Shown: positions 12,501 through 24,959, counted from the first letter of the stretch. The stretch: 47,486 bases of DNA from Macrostomum lignano (GCA_002269645.1 NIVC01004390.1:1-47486); one strand, 5' to 3'. Notes: generated by a model not told the origin, from the letters alone. Numbers and translations: made by a program.

Positions 12501-15500
12501 GCACAAATTCTCTGCCGTATGGACCCAGGGCAAACAAAATGGACTGAAAGATAAACGAAAAACTTTTTTTTGAAACTTGGCTTTATCTAGACTAGCCCGC
12601 CTAGTCTGCGGGAAAGTTAACTTAGGATATTTTATCAAAACGGTGTCTGTAGCTACAATTATAAATATTAAAAGATAAGATTAAAAAAGAGCATTGCCTG
12701 CTTTTAAAAAGCTTAATTTATTCGAAAATTTATTCAAAACTGCAAAAACTTACAATAGACGATAATTGAAATATGACTTGCAACTTTGAGATTATGAAAT
12801 CTGATGATTATGAAATTCGATGATTATGAAATCTGATGATTATGAAATCTGATGATTATGAAATCTGATGATTATGAAATCTGATGATGATTATGAAATC
12901 TGATGATTATGAAATCTGATGATTATGAAATCTGATGATTATGAAATCTGATGATTATGAAATCTGATGATTATGAAATCTGATGATTATTATGAAATCT
13001 GATGATTATGAAATTCGATGATTATGAAATCTGATGACTATGAAATTCGATGATTATGAAATCTGATGATTATTATGAAAGCTGATGATTATGAAATCTG
13101 ATGATTATGAAATCTGATGATTATGAAATTCGATTATTATGAAATCTGATGATTATGAAATCTGACGATTATGAAATTCGATGATTATGAAATCTGATGA
13201 TTATTATGAAATCTGGGGAATGGGAAGTTTAGGCATTATGAAAATTTGCGATTCTTTAACCCCAAAAAATAAGCTAGTATGTAGTATGTTTAGACAAAAC
13301 TAGTTCAGCGGCCTCCGAACGAGTGAGTGGAATTTAGAATTAGAGGCGCAAATGTTAAAAGAAATTACTAGCTCAAATGCTTTCTGTTTCAAGCCAATTA
13401 GATTAGAACAAAAAACCTCTACAATTCATGGACATTATAAACTTAGTTGAAAAAAGGAAACTGGCAGTTAAAGACAGATGCAAGAATGGAAGAATAGTGA
13501 AGCTAAACTAGCTGAGATTCCTAGAGAGAAAGAATCACAAGCAGCAATAAAGAAGTCTAACTCGGACAGTGCTATCTAGCTTAGGTGTTCATGCCAACTC
13601 TCTGAATTGAACCGAACCGACTAAACTAAAGAAAAAGGCAAAAAAGGCACGGGCAGAGGGGGGGGGAGAGAAGAGATTCCAGTTTTACAGTTCAGCTAGT
13701 CTAACTTGCGAGTTGCACTTTAACCGATAGCAGACCAAAGAAGGACAAAGAGAACCGCCCTTTCCTTCCCTCCGAAAATAACCGGCCTCGTGTTCGTTGG
13801 TTTATTTCCTATCTCTCTCCTCCCATGGAATACAAGAGTGTATAGATATCTGGAAGGACATTCCATTGTAGTTATCTTGGTTTAGCAATTTTAGGTCAAG
13901 TTCATCAACTCCAGATACTCTATCAATAGTGGCAAAATGAAGAACCGGAAAAATAAACATATCCTTGCATCGTAATCGTAAAAAATACGACACAATTTCA
14001 AACTGCCTTTACCTGGCACATAGTCGGCTGCAGAGCGGGGTTCCGCTGTATTGGCACGGCCGTATTAATTGGTTTAACGTCCAGCTCTGGGAAACGTTTT
14101 TTAATCACCTGGAGAGCAATCTTTACGCACTCGACGGGACCTACAACAATTAGTTTATCAAGAATATACTGATAGAAATCAAAACAAAAAACTTTGCAAT
14201 CTACCTGTCTTAAGAGCTTCCTTATGATGATCTAATTAATCAATATAATGGCAAGCTCATTTCCAAGCCGCTGATCCTTCAGCACTGCTACTGCCGCCCT
14301 CTCCCATACCCGCTGCTCCTTCAGCACTGCTACTGCCGCCCTCTCCCATACCCGCTGCTCCTTCAGCACTGCTACTGCCGCCCTCTCCCATACCCGCTGA
14401 TCCTTCAGCACTGCTACTGCCGCCCTCTCCCATACCCGCTGCTCCTTCAGCACTGCTACTGCCGCCCTCTCCCATACCCGCTGATCCTTCAGCACTGCTA
14501 CTGCCGCCCTCTCCCATACCCGCTGATCCTTCAGCACTGCTACTGCCGCCCTCTCCCATACCCGCTGCTCCTTCAGCACTGCTACTGCCGCCCTCTCCCA
14601 TACCCGCTGATCCTTCAGCACTGCTACTGCCGCCCTCTCCCATACCCGCTGATCCTTCAGCACTGCTACTGCCGCCCTCTCCCATACCCGCTGCTCCTTC
14701 AGCACTGCTACTGCCGCCCTCTCCCATACCCGCTGATCCTTCAGCACTGCTACTGCCGCCCTCTCCCATACCCGCTGCTCCTTCAGCACTGCTACTGCCG
14801 CCCTCTCCCATACCCGCTGATCCTTCAGCACTGCTACTGCCGCCCTCTCCCATACCCGCTGCTCCTTCAGCACTGCTACTGCCGCCCTCTCCAATACCCG
14901 CTGCTCCTTCAGCACTGCTACTGCCGCCCTCTCCCATACCCGCTGCTCCTTCAGCACTGCAAGTTTTGAAATAAAAAATCCAAGACCATTACAAACCTCT
15001 GATATTAACAACTTGAGTCTTCTTATCAAAAAAGTTGCGACTGATCCAAACCGAGGCGCCGGACTTGCTGCGAATATAGCTAATATTACGGCCGCCAGTG
15101 CCCACCATTGAGCCGCCCAATCGATTAGGTATGAGGAACTGGTGCACAATGTCAGTTTCGTCGCCTGGCACGGGCGAAGCGCCCCGTACAATAGTACGAT
15201 TATTACGCTCGCTAACAGTTTTCGCGTTAGTATTTTTGTTAGCGCTGTTGCTACTAATCTGAGCATTGTTTGAGTCGGAATGCCGACCGCTGTCATTCTC
15301 GTCTATTTCATCGTCTTCTTCAGCTGGCTCTGCAGTCTGCTGCTGGTTCTGCTGGTATTGACAATTCTTGGCTAGCCAATTACTGACCCGATTGTCAATG
15401 GCTGGCTGCTGCGACTGAGTCTCTTTGACATCATCTGACAGATTGTTGTTGGTCAAATTGTTGTCATTATTGTTGTCGCCAGTGCCATTTACACTGGCAA

Positions 15501-15600
15501 GATTAGTATTACTGGCAGGTGTTGCATTATTGCTTTCAGTTGGCTTTTTTGCAGCTTCACTGGCGCCAGCTGTTTTGGCTTCATCAACAAGTTCAGTCAT
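9140..15600 (-). CDS. AKAP1: AKAP1/Spoonbill-like KH + extended Tudor protein, 4 coding exons, about 483 aa after a 1-nt correction
   Basis: Exons 15600-14997, 14140-14013, 11134-10783 and 9506-9140 have GT-AG ends and matching phases (1,0,2). KH: FLIPNRLGGSMVGTGGRNISYIRSKSGASVWIS. Tudor: VFLQQPTHPSFHHL, WHRAII, YLDWGGY, KQIR/TEMMHLPFQAVE. These parallel AKAP1 FVQQHTHPTFHAL, WWRAQV, YVDYGGY, RQIRSDFVTLPFQ (recalled). Total 1451 nt needs one extra base at 10908-10911. Confidence 0.88.
9521..10333. repeat. 30-bp minisatellite GGGCTGGATTCTTTAGGTGAGTTTAGGTTG, about 27 copies, intronic
   Basis: Highly homogeneous array starting 14 nt from the exon-4 acceptor. Confidence 0.98.
10490..10765. repeat. 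About 31-bp minisatellite CATGAGCCTTGGCATCTCAGCACAATTCCCC, intronic
   Basis: About 9 copies visible. Confidence 0.92.
10783..11134 (-). CDS. AKAP1: AKAP1-like coding exon 3 (Tudor core), 1-nt slip at 10908-10911
   Basis: taacag|LSLPVGATIDVTV...CIAP then shifted frame FGNSWHRAIIADVFPEEDAVLMKYLDWGGYEKMPVGCLKQIR|gttagt. Confidence 0.88.
11155..12063. repeat. Composite minisatellite with GGCGATTCTTGA / GGCGATTTTT cores, intronic
   Basis: Longer unit (about 55 bp) to about 11510, then shorter mixed units. Confidence 0.93.
12791..13215. repeat. 16-bp minisatellite GATTATGAAATCTGAT, intronic
   Basis: Directly visible, with occasional GAT/TAT insertions. Confidence 0.95.
14013..14140 (-). CDS. AKAP1: AKAP1-like coding exon 2 (end of KH, linker); missed by the ORF track
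   Basis: ttgtag|GT CCC...TGC CAG|gtaaag; 128 nt; GPVECVKIALQVIKKRFPELDVKPINTAVPIQRNPALQPTMCQ. Confidence 0.85.
14268..14960. repeat. 39-bp minisatellite CCGCTG(C/A)TCCTTCAGCACTGCTACTGCCGCCCTCTCCCATAC, about 18 copies, intronic
   Basis: Lies between the exon-1 donor (14996) and exon-2 acceptor (14141). Confidence 0.96.
14997..15600 (-). CDS. AKAP1: AKAP1-like coding exon 1 (low-complexity N-terminus + most of KH domain)
   Basis: GCCATG start with in-frame upstream TAA; ends ...NIR G|gtttgt. Confidence 0.82.
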
Positions 15601-16150
15601 GGCCGTCAGTTGAATAAGTTATAGTGAGCACTTTATCTGTTAATGAATTCAGTGTTTTTTGGTTTGTGACTGTTTTAGTTTCTTATTGCAACAGTTAAGC
15701 AATCAATAATGCATGCGAACATGCATTAGATTTCAATTTTGTTACAACATTTATTGATTGCATTTGTTATATGGAATATGAATCATATTTATTGTAATTT
15801 TATACTCAATAAAACTGAAGAAAAAATATTATAGCATAGAAAATGCCACAAATCAAGGTTAAGCAAACTAGGGTAGTTTTCTAATGTAATGCTACAAATA
15901 ACATTTTTATCACATGGCAAAGAAAAGAACATTAGCAAGTTGCAAGTAAAATAAGCAAACATAAAAAAGCAATAAGACAATTCCTTAAAAAGCATGCCAT
16001 ATAGAATGAAGATTTCATATTTAACATTTTTATTTTTTACCTGTGGCAATTAGCAATTTTAGGTATATTAATGTTACAAGTTTTATATTAAATAATCAAG
16101 CTCAAGCACTAGCAATATACATATTGCATACTACATATACTAGCCTGTAG

Positions 16151-16545
16151 TAGAGGTCGGACGGGATTGAAATCTTTGGGCGGGATCGGGATCGGGAATA
16201 ATTTTTTTCTCGGGATCAGGATCGGGATCGGGATTTTGGGAATCGGGATCAGGTCTTTTAGTGTATTGTCCATGTAAAGTTAAACAAAATTGAGAAAAGA
16301 TTGTCAAGATCAAGAAGTAAAACACAACAAAATTGATATAAAGTTTTGTAACCAACAAAGTAAATAATGTAATGAGTACAAGTTAAAGCAAAATACCTTC
16401 AAGTAATCACTAATTCTATAAATTATTTAATCAAAAGACCTGTTCCCGAATCTCGAGTTTTTTAGGGTCGGGATTCTCGTCCCGCGGGAATTCAATTTTC
16501 CTTGGGATCCCAAGATTTCGGGATCGGGATCCCGTCTGACCTCTA
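16151..16545. mobile_element. hAT-type MITE, 395 bp
   Basis: 17-bp TIR TAGAGGTCGGACGGGAT / ATCCCGTCTGACCTCTA (1 mismatch); perfect 8-bp TSD GCCTGTAG at 16143-16150 and 16546-16553; subterminal CGGGAT repeats. Confidence 0.9.
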
Positions 16546-17396
16546 GCCTGTAGCATAAGACAACCTATTTAGCATACACTAATAGGTAATAATCTACTTT
16601 GGTAATAGCCACTTTGGTAACAAATGAGAATAACAGTTGATTTATATGCTCCAAAAATGCACCAATAGACTTAAAAATAATAATAATTGGGATACATTTT
16701 TACTCACTTTAAAAGATTTAGATTGATGTAGAAAACTGCATACTTGCATATGCTTAACTTGTTTAAAAGTGTTTTTACCTATCTAGGCCTATTTTAATTT
16801 TTAGATACCTCAGATACATATACCAAGATATCTTGTAACTGATCAAATTTGATGTGCATTAGATTATCTAAGTTAACAACTTTAAACTATAGAGTCTACT
16901 ATGAGAGTCCCTTTATTAATTACTTCAAGTTTTCAATTCAACATGTCAAAGTAGTTCTTGTTCTCTCTATTTAAATCTCAAACACTGACACCAAAGTTGT
17001 CAAAGGCGTAATTGCTCTTACTGAAATTATCCCACTACTGCAACCAAGTTGTCAAAGGGCTGATTCTTCTGTCTCTTCAAATGATTCCACAGCTGTCACT
17101 AAAGTTGTCAAAGGGCTAAACTCCTGTTTATAAATGTTGGTAGCTGCTACCAAGACTATTCTATTAATAAATTATGAGTTTATTAATCTTAGAATAAGTC
17201 TGAGAATATTTCTTAGAATAGGTCTGAGTATTTAGTCTGAGTATTATTCTTAGAAAACTACTAGCAATCTTCGCCCCCCGTTGGGGGACATCTGTATAGA
17301 ATATCTGCTCTCTACAAGTAACAAAAAGATAGCCAAATAAAGCATTCACAAAGAAAACAGACAAAATACTTAAATGAAGTGCAATGCAAAAAGACA

Positions 17397-17890
17397 GCAA
17401 GCATCCCCCAGATAGCAAGCATCCCCCAGATAGCAAGCATCCCCCAGATAGCAAGCATCCCCCAGATAGCAAGCATCCCCAGATAGCAAGCATCCCCCAG
17501 ATAGCAAGCATCTCCCAGATAGCAAGCATCCCCCAGATAGCAAGCATCCCCCAGATAGCAAGCATCCCCCAGATAGCAAGCATCCCCCAGATAGCAAGCA
17601 TCCCCAGATAGATAGCATCCCCCAAATAGCAAGCATCCCCCAGATAGATAGCATCCCCCAAATAGCAAGCATCCCCCAGATAGCAAGCATCCCCAAGGTA
17701 GCAAGCACCCCCAGATAGCAAGCATCCCCCAGATAGCAAGCACCCCCCAGATAGCAAGGATCCCCCAGAAAGCAAGCATCCCCAAGATAGCAAGCTTCCC
17801 CAGATAGCAAGCATCCCCCAGATAGCAAGCATCTTCCAGAGAGCAAGCTCCCCCAGATAGATAGCATCCCCAAATAGCAAGCATCCACCA
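17397..17890. repeat. 18-bp satellite AGCAAGCATCCCCCAGAT inside Helitron copy 1
   Basis: Directly visible; source of LGDACY-type ORFs. Confidence 0.95.
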
Positions 17891-17984
17891 GACAATAAGT
17901 AGCTAGTGCGACAATTTCCTTAGCATTATAGTGGCTCCTTTAAAATTCGCTTACTTTTACGTTTGAAATTGTGTATCTTTTATG

Positions 17985-19930
17985 TTTGGCATGGTGGCTC
18001 TTTAATGTTTGACATGGTGGCTCTTTTATGTTGACATGGTGGCTCTTTTATACTTGACATGGTGGCTCTTTACTGTTCGAAATGGTGGCTCTTTTATGTT
18101 TGACATGGTGGCTCTTTTAGGTTTGACATGATGGCACTATTATGTTTTGACATAGTGGCTCTTTAATGTTTGACATGGTAGCTCTTAAATGTTTGACATG
18201 GTAGCTCTTTTATGTTTGACATGGTGGCTCTTTATTGTTTGACATGGTGGCTCTTTAATGTTTAACCTGGTGGCTCTTTTATGTTTGACACGGTGGCTTT
18301 TATTGTCTGACATGGTGGCTCTTTTATGTTTTACATGGTGGCTCTTTATTGTTTGACATGGTGGCTCTTTAATGTTTAACCTGGTGGCTCCTTATGTTTG
18401 ACACGGCGGCTCTCTAATGTTTGACATAGTGGCTATTTAATGTTCGAAATGGTGGCTCTTTAAAGTTTGACATAAAGTCACAAATATGTTTGAGATGGTG
18501 GCTCTTAAATGTTTGACATGGTGGCTCTTAAATGTTTGACATGGTGGCTCTTTAATGTTCTTCATGGTGGCTCTTCAATATTCTACATGGTGGCTCTTTT
18601 ATGTTCGACATGGTGGCTTTTTAATGTTTGACATGGTGGCTCTTTTATGTTTGACATGGTGGCTCTTTACTGTTTGAAATGGACAATGGTGGCTCTTTAA
18701 TGTTCTACATGGTAACTCTTTTATGTTTGATACGGTGGCTTTTTAATGTCTGACATGGTGGCTCTTAAATGTTAGACAAAGTGGCTTTTTAATGTTTGAC
18801 ATGGTGGCTCTTTTATGTTTGACATGGTGGCTCTTTACTGTTTGAAATGATGGCTCTTTAATGTTCGAAATGGTGGCTCTTTTATGTTTGACATGGTGGC
18901 TCTTTACTGTTTGAAATGATGGCTCTTTAATGTTCGAAATGGTGGCTCTTTTATGTTTGACATGATGGCACTTTTATGTTTTGACATAGTGGCTCTTTAA
19001 TGTTTGACATGGTAGCTCTTAAATGTTTGACATGGTAGCTCTTAAATGTTTGACATGGTAGCTCTTAAATGTTTGACATGGTAGCTCTTAAATGTTTGAC
19101 ATGGTAGCTCTTTTATGTTCAACATGGTGGCTCTTTATTTTTTGACATGGTGGCTCTTTAATGTTTAACCTGGTGGCTCTTTTATGTTTGACACGGTGGC
19201 TTTTAATGTCTGACATGATGGCATTTTTATGTTTTGACATAGTGGCTCTTTAATGTTTGACATGGTGGCTCTTAAATGTTTAACCTGGTGACTCTTTTAT
19301 GTTTGACATGGCGGCTCTCTAATGTTTGACAAAGTGGCTATTTAATGTTCGAAATGGTGGCTCTTGAAAGTTTGACATAAAGTCACATATATGTTTGAGA
19401 TGGTGGCTCCTAAATGTTTGACATGGTGGCTCTTTACTGTTTGAAATGGTGGCTCTTTAATGTTCTACATGGTAACTCTTTTATGTTCGACATGGTGGCT
19501 TTTTAATGTCTGACATGGTGGCTCCCAAATGTTTGACACGGTGGCTCTTTAATGTTCTTCATGGTGGCTCTTTAATATTCTACATGGTGGCTCTTTTATG
19601 TTTGATACGGTGGCTTTTTAATGTCTGACATGGTGGCTATTTTATGTTTGACATGGTGGCTCTTCTATGTTTAACATGGTGGCTCTTTTATGTTTGACAC
19701 GGTGGCTCTTTAATGTTCGACAAAGTGGCTATTTGATGTTTGATATGGTGACACTTAAATGTTTGACATAAAGTCACATAAATGTTAGACGTGGTGGCTC
19801 GTTTAGTTTTGACATGGTGGCTTTTTAATCGTTGACATGGAGTCACGTATATGTTTGACATAGTGCTTATTTTATGTTTGGCATGGTGGCTCTTTTATGT
19901 TTGACATGGTGGCTCTTCTATGTTTGACAT
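17985..19930. repeat. About 22-23-bp satellite TTTGACATGGTGGCTCTTT(T/A)ATG inside Helitron copy 1
   Basis: Directly visible, degenerate units. Confidence 0.95.
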
Positions 19931-19992
19931 TCCGCTTCTATTATGTTTAGCAGTTTTGTGTTTTTAAGGTGTTTTGATAAAAAAATCTTTTT

Positions 19993-20056
19993 GCACTACT
20001 AAGATTCGAACCCAGGTCGCTACATTAGCATTCCAGTCTGTTTGCATCTTGGCTAT
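19993..20056 (-). other. tRNA-derived / Pol III promoter-like segment inside Helitron copy 1
   Basis: Minus strand TAGCCAAGATG (A-box-like) ... GGTTCGAATC (B box), followed by a T7 run; cloverleaf stems pair poorly. Confidence 0.5.
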
Positions 20057-23000
20057 CTATTTTCAATTGGAGAACATGAATTGTGGCCCTTATAATTCAA
20101 TTCTTACAGCAAGTCAATTGGAGTAAAAAGTTATGACATAATCAATTTCTCAGTCAGCCAGTATCAGTCTCAATTTGAGTTAGCAATATGGTTACGCAAT
20201 TTCATTCAAGTCGTGTGTGCATTTCTTCGGCACTGTTTTCAACTTGTTGTGATGCAATCTTTATCAGAATTGAAATGCAGTCAGTCAGTTTTTTCTCTAG
20301 CATTTTTACAATGCATTTCAGGTCGAAAATTTTGCTTGACCTTTGCAAAAAAGCATGTTTTTCGAATAATTAATCCCTTTAAAATTGAGCAATTTCTTAG
20401 CCAAGATGCATGTACCGTCCCAGGAAAATTTCTGATCGAATGGTGCAAGTTTGAAGAAAATCGGTTGAGCCAATTTTTCTGAAATCTATCGCATACCCAC
20501 AGACAACTCATTTTTAGTATATAGGATTAACCCTGAAAGATTTTACTCCTCTGTTATTCTGGTAGCATTCTATTATTCTGGTAGCATTCTATTTAATAAT
20601 TGGGCCTGAGCGGTATTTTGGCTTACTGGTATGTGTATTTCATGTACTTTGCAAGTCCTTGGGCGTTACCAAGATCAGAGGGTCACAGCCTCCGGTTATT
20701 CTTACACTTATATGTATCATTTCAGATCTACTTCGTATTCTCCTACTACTCAATACTGCTGCTTCTCAATGTACTGTATATGCTTCAGTCTATTTCACTC
20801 TTATTTCGTAAAAGGAATTAACATAGAAAACACTTTTTCAATTCTTATTTTCTTGGAACTCTTACTATTTGCTAACAATCACTTATTGTGGAACCGCGAT
20901 GCGCGAGGTTGGTCTCTTTTCCGCCAAAAACGCTTCTATTTATACTAAAATTTACTGCTAGTTTAAACAAAATTAGTTCACATAAAATATTATGAAAAAT
21001 ATGAGTATTAAAACAAAATATGTTTCTTAGTTTTGGCGTGAATTCAAATTGACTAAACGGTGACTATTTTATAAAGAAATTGGGAGGGGCCCTGCACAAA
21101 CATATAGTCCTTCATTTACTTTTTCGCCTTCAATTTTTTTACAAAGTTAATGTGCATATTTAAACAAATTATAATATAATTAGAAAGCTTAAAAACTAGA
21201 AAGCTTAAAATTTATACTTGAAATTGAATCTTTCAATCTTTTTTCCACTTTATACTAATTATTTCATATGATTTAATGAAGTATACACTAGCATGACTAG
21301 GCCTAGGCCTATGGTTGCATGCATACACACTATTTTTAAGGAGTCAAGCATGCTAATTATGCACATCTAAATTTATTTAGGTGCACAAGGCCAATGCATA
21401 CCCTATTTTTTGGATAAATAGTATATGATCTAGAGTGTCACAGGAATATGGAAGCTACTAAAGCCAAGGGCTAGGCCTATCAAACTAATATAAAGAGACA
21501 AACTAGGCCCTAATATAATAAATTTGAATTTAAATTAAAAAAGAATAGCTAGGCCTAGGTGAAATAAAGTCTACAAGACTCAAGACAATAAGAGTCAAGA
21601 GACAGACAGGCTAAGCCTCTTAGCCTACTTATACTACGAGTAGCCTTAACTATTATATTAAAACAAGGAACAGACTAGCTTTTGTCTTTCAACAAAAGAT
21701 TAGGGGCCTAAATTGGTACAAAATAAAAAATTAACATTGATTGGCACATAGGCTAAAGCAACTTAGGCCTAATGTTGGATCTTAAAAGCAATAAATCTAA
21801 CCTAAGCTAGCCATGGACTAACGCCTTAACCAAAGTCTAAAGCAAAAATATTTTCAAAGACGTGTCAGTTTTTGCGAAATCTTTGGCGCTAGCCCCTAGC
21901 TACTTATTTGACATTTTTGTCCAATTCACATTGTATTCCTTAATTAATAAGTTAACAATGTAGATTAGTACTAGTAGGCCTAAGTAGGCCATGCCAAGGC
22001 TAAGGCCAAGTAGGTCTTAAGCTCACCAAATACTGTTCCAGAAGAATATAACTAAGTTAACTAACTATATAACTAGGCCAAATGAGACTGAGATTTGTCT
22101 TGAAATGCGATTGCGGGGTGTACAATGTGGATCTTGAACAAGAGGACGAATATGACAATGAATAATCCGGTAATCGCAAAATAGTAGCAAACTGGACCAA
22201 AATGAATCGTAAGTAAAACTAGTTGCATTTTATAAACATTTTCCAACGAGCTACGCTTCCTAAAAATAAGTTAACAAGCAAATTTTTACAACCAAAGGAC
22301 GTCGAGCCTAAGTAATCCGAGCAACATATTTGCAGGAAATTTAGGCATAGTGATTAGAGGATTACCGAATGGTCGGATAACACTAATTTTCAAAAATTTT
22401 AGAGTCCACACCAGAGGACCACTATATAACTTGTATGTAACTCCAAATTAGATTAAGTACCGCGCTAGTTTGCTGAAGTAGGCAGATTTTTCTAATCTTT
22501 CTTTCCTACTATACTGAGCGCATTTCACTTAGGTTTACTAAACACGAACATGCAAGGCCACATGATTCATATCCCATGAGATGAGATGATTATTCATCAA
22601 ATTCACGTCTCGGCCGATATAATTTACGGTGACATATGTACCTACATGTACAGTAGCTGCTGCGGAAGAATAGAGCTGAAATAACTCAAAGCTCAAGGAT
22701 TAGCATATCTGCGGTGCAAAATAGTCAGTAGCTAGTGTCTTCAGCATCAAAATGTCTTTCGATGCGCCACAGTGCTGAATTTCCACTGCAGCTAATTCGC
22801 TTTGGAAGGGCCGCGGTAGCAGCGTGACTATACTGTATGTATGTACACGTACAGTACATGGTTAATCAAAACCTGACCTGTGCCAGTTGTTTCTCAAATA
22901 CACTGTCCAAAAAGCGGCCGTCCTTCCTCGAATCCGCTGCGCGGCCCATCGGCTAAACACACGCTGTAGTCCTGTGAAGTTTTTCCCGACTCTATGCACC

Positions 23001-23221
23001 TAGCCTACTACGGCTTGAAACAGTGCAATTAAAGCTGATGACTTTGATCTGTCTCTTACAGCAGGGCGCCCTATAGCCCTGTCTCTTGGTGAGCGCCCCT
23101 GTCTCTTGGTGCAGAGCACCCGTCTCTTGGTGATCGCGCCCCTGGCTTTTGGTGGGCAGCTGCCCTGTCTCTCTTGGTGGGCGCCTTCTCTCTTGGCGGG
23201 CGCCCCTGTCTCTTACATGTA

Positions 23222-23832
23222 TACGAGAGTTTACACCCAGAAACAACATGCTTGCCAGTGAGCAATTTCTTTTGGGCTATTCTGAAATAAAAGATACGAG
23301 AAAACTGGGTAGCTTTAATCCGTCCAACTCTCGCAAACCGCGCTCCCCTACCACCATGGTGGGGTCGTCTAATGTCACTATCTAATCATTATCTATCACT
23401 ATCTTCTATCTATCACCTATCTCTATCTATCATCGATCATCTATCTATATCTATCATCTAACATCTATCTCTATCTATCATCTATCTATATCTATCGATG
23501 ATCTATCTCTATATATCATCTATCATCTATCTATCATCTATCATCTATCTATCATCTATCATCTATCTATCTATCATCTATCACTATCTATCTATCTATC
23601 ACTATATCACTATCAATGTCACTAGCTAATGTCACTATCTAATAATGTCACTATCCGTCCAACCCTCGCACACCAGTGATTTTCACCAGTTTTTCACCAG
23701 TGGTGGGGGAGCGCGGTGTGCGAGGGTTCGACGGATTAAAGCTACCCAGTTTTCTCGTATCTTTTATTTCAGAATAGCCCAAAAGAAATTGCTCACTGGC
23801 AAACATGTTGTTTCTGGGTGTAAACTTTCATA
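23222..23832. mobile_element. Fold-back MITE with TA target duplication (Tc1/mariner-type), internal (TATC)n
   Basis: Inverted arms of about 140 bp (23222-23360 and 23700-23832); empty site reconstructs as ACATG-TA-CATGT. Confidence 0.8.
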
Positions 23833-24509
23833 TACATGTTGACATGTAGATACATGTAAGTTAAGTCACTCGCAAAGATTGAGAGACTTTACCTGAACTC
23901 TCAAAAGTGGCGAACACAGATGAAATTGGAATTTTTGTAGACCGTGTCTACTGCGGAAGAAAGATAGAGGCTCCGAAAGAGCCCGTTGCTTCTATATTCT
24001 ATATTTAGCCAACAACAAAGACCCTCGAGGGTCTCAGATCATACATGTACGCAAAGAAAAAGGGGCAAAGGGAAAGGAAGGAACGAACAAGCAAGCACAG
24101 GGTGACGCATCGAGACAAAGAACATTCCTACCCCACTTCCCCTCAGCCCCTCTCACACAACACAACTACACTGTACGTCATCACAGGAATCTTCTGTGAT
24201 GGCGACATTTCGATGTTGCTTAGTATATATGTAAATGTCACGCGTTCATACTAAATTTTTAGTAGTATCATCACGAAAACAGTGAATGACTACTCCATTG
24301 TGCCAAAAAACGGGTTCTCACAACATCTAATTTTATTACTTCCAGATTAGTGATGAGGACGCACTTTTTCAAACTTCACGCTCGCACATGGGCTCCAAAC
24401 TTACTAGCCTACTGACAGCAGTCTATGGGTATTTTTTCTTCTCTTTATGCAATTTTCCTAGAATTCATACTAGTTATATGATTTTGCCATACTTGTAGTT
24501 ATAATAACA

Positions 24510-24891
24510 TAGGTGCGGCTTTTGGGTCATAAATCATTGCTTTCGAGCTGGTCTGACAGTCACCTGCGCCTCACTCAATTCTGAGACTGGCGCTAGATGG
24601 TCTGAGGGGATGCGAATGATAGCTTTTTTCTCATCATTTTGACAGGCCATCAAGATTTATGAGGTCAGGGCCTATTGTTCGTGTTTACTCAAGCGTGTGA
24701 CAGCTTTGACAGCTATGCGTTTTACCCCTAAAAGTACGTTGGGATTAGATATTAGCGATTTCTCTTCATTATTTTCACTTTCTACTTAATAAGAGCTTTC
24801 TAATGTATATTTTTTCATTAATTTTGTCATTCCTACACGAAAGGTCATAAATCATTATGTAGCGATTTTGAGTGATTTATGACCGCACCTG
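24510..24891. mobile_element. Degenerate Tc1-like MITE remnant
   Basis: AGGTGCGG..GTCATAAATCA at left is inverted to TGATTTATGACCGCACCTG at right; left arm has a 7-bp insertion; no clear TSD. Confidence 0.45.
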
Positions 24892-24959
24892 TCGTATTTT
24901 TATGGCCCCAAGGGAACTGATAGGATCTTCTGGTCACGTAAGTTTGGGTGGCAACAAGC

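Larger units (their letters stand above)
17261..20526 (-). mobile_element. Non-autonomous Helitron, copy 1 (about 3.27 kb)
   Basis: Minus strand reads A|TCCTATATACTAAAAATGAG...GC hairpin (17271-17288)...CTAG|T; no TSD; homologous end to end with 37933-41478. Confidence 0.85.

Noticed and set aside
14232-15296. ORFs across the 39-bp repeat (GEGGSSSAEG / ERAAVAVLKEQ) as a coding VNTR
   Set aside because: The array lies in the phase-consistent intron that splits the KH domain, and the exon-1 frame stops at 14989 if unspliced.
16990-17120. Three AAGTTGTCAAAGG repeats with spacers, CRISPR-like
   Set aside because: Eukaryotic context, no cas genes, and the spacers resemble each other; a degenerate tandem repeat.
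19993-20056. Functional tRNA gene
   Set aside because: Anticodon and acceptor stems do not pair; kept only as a tRNA-derived segment.
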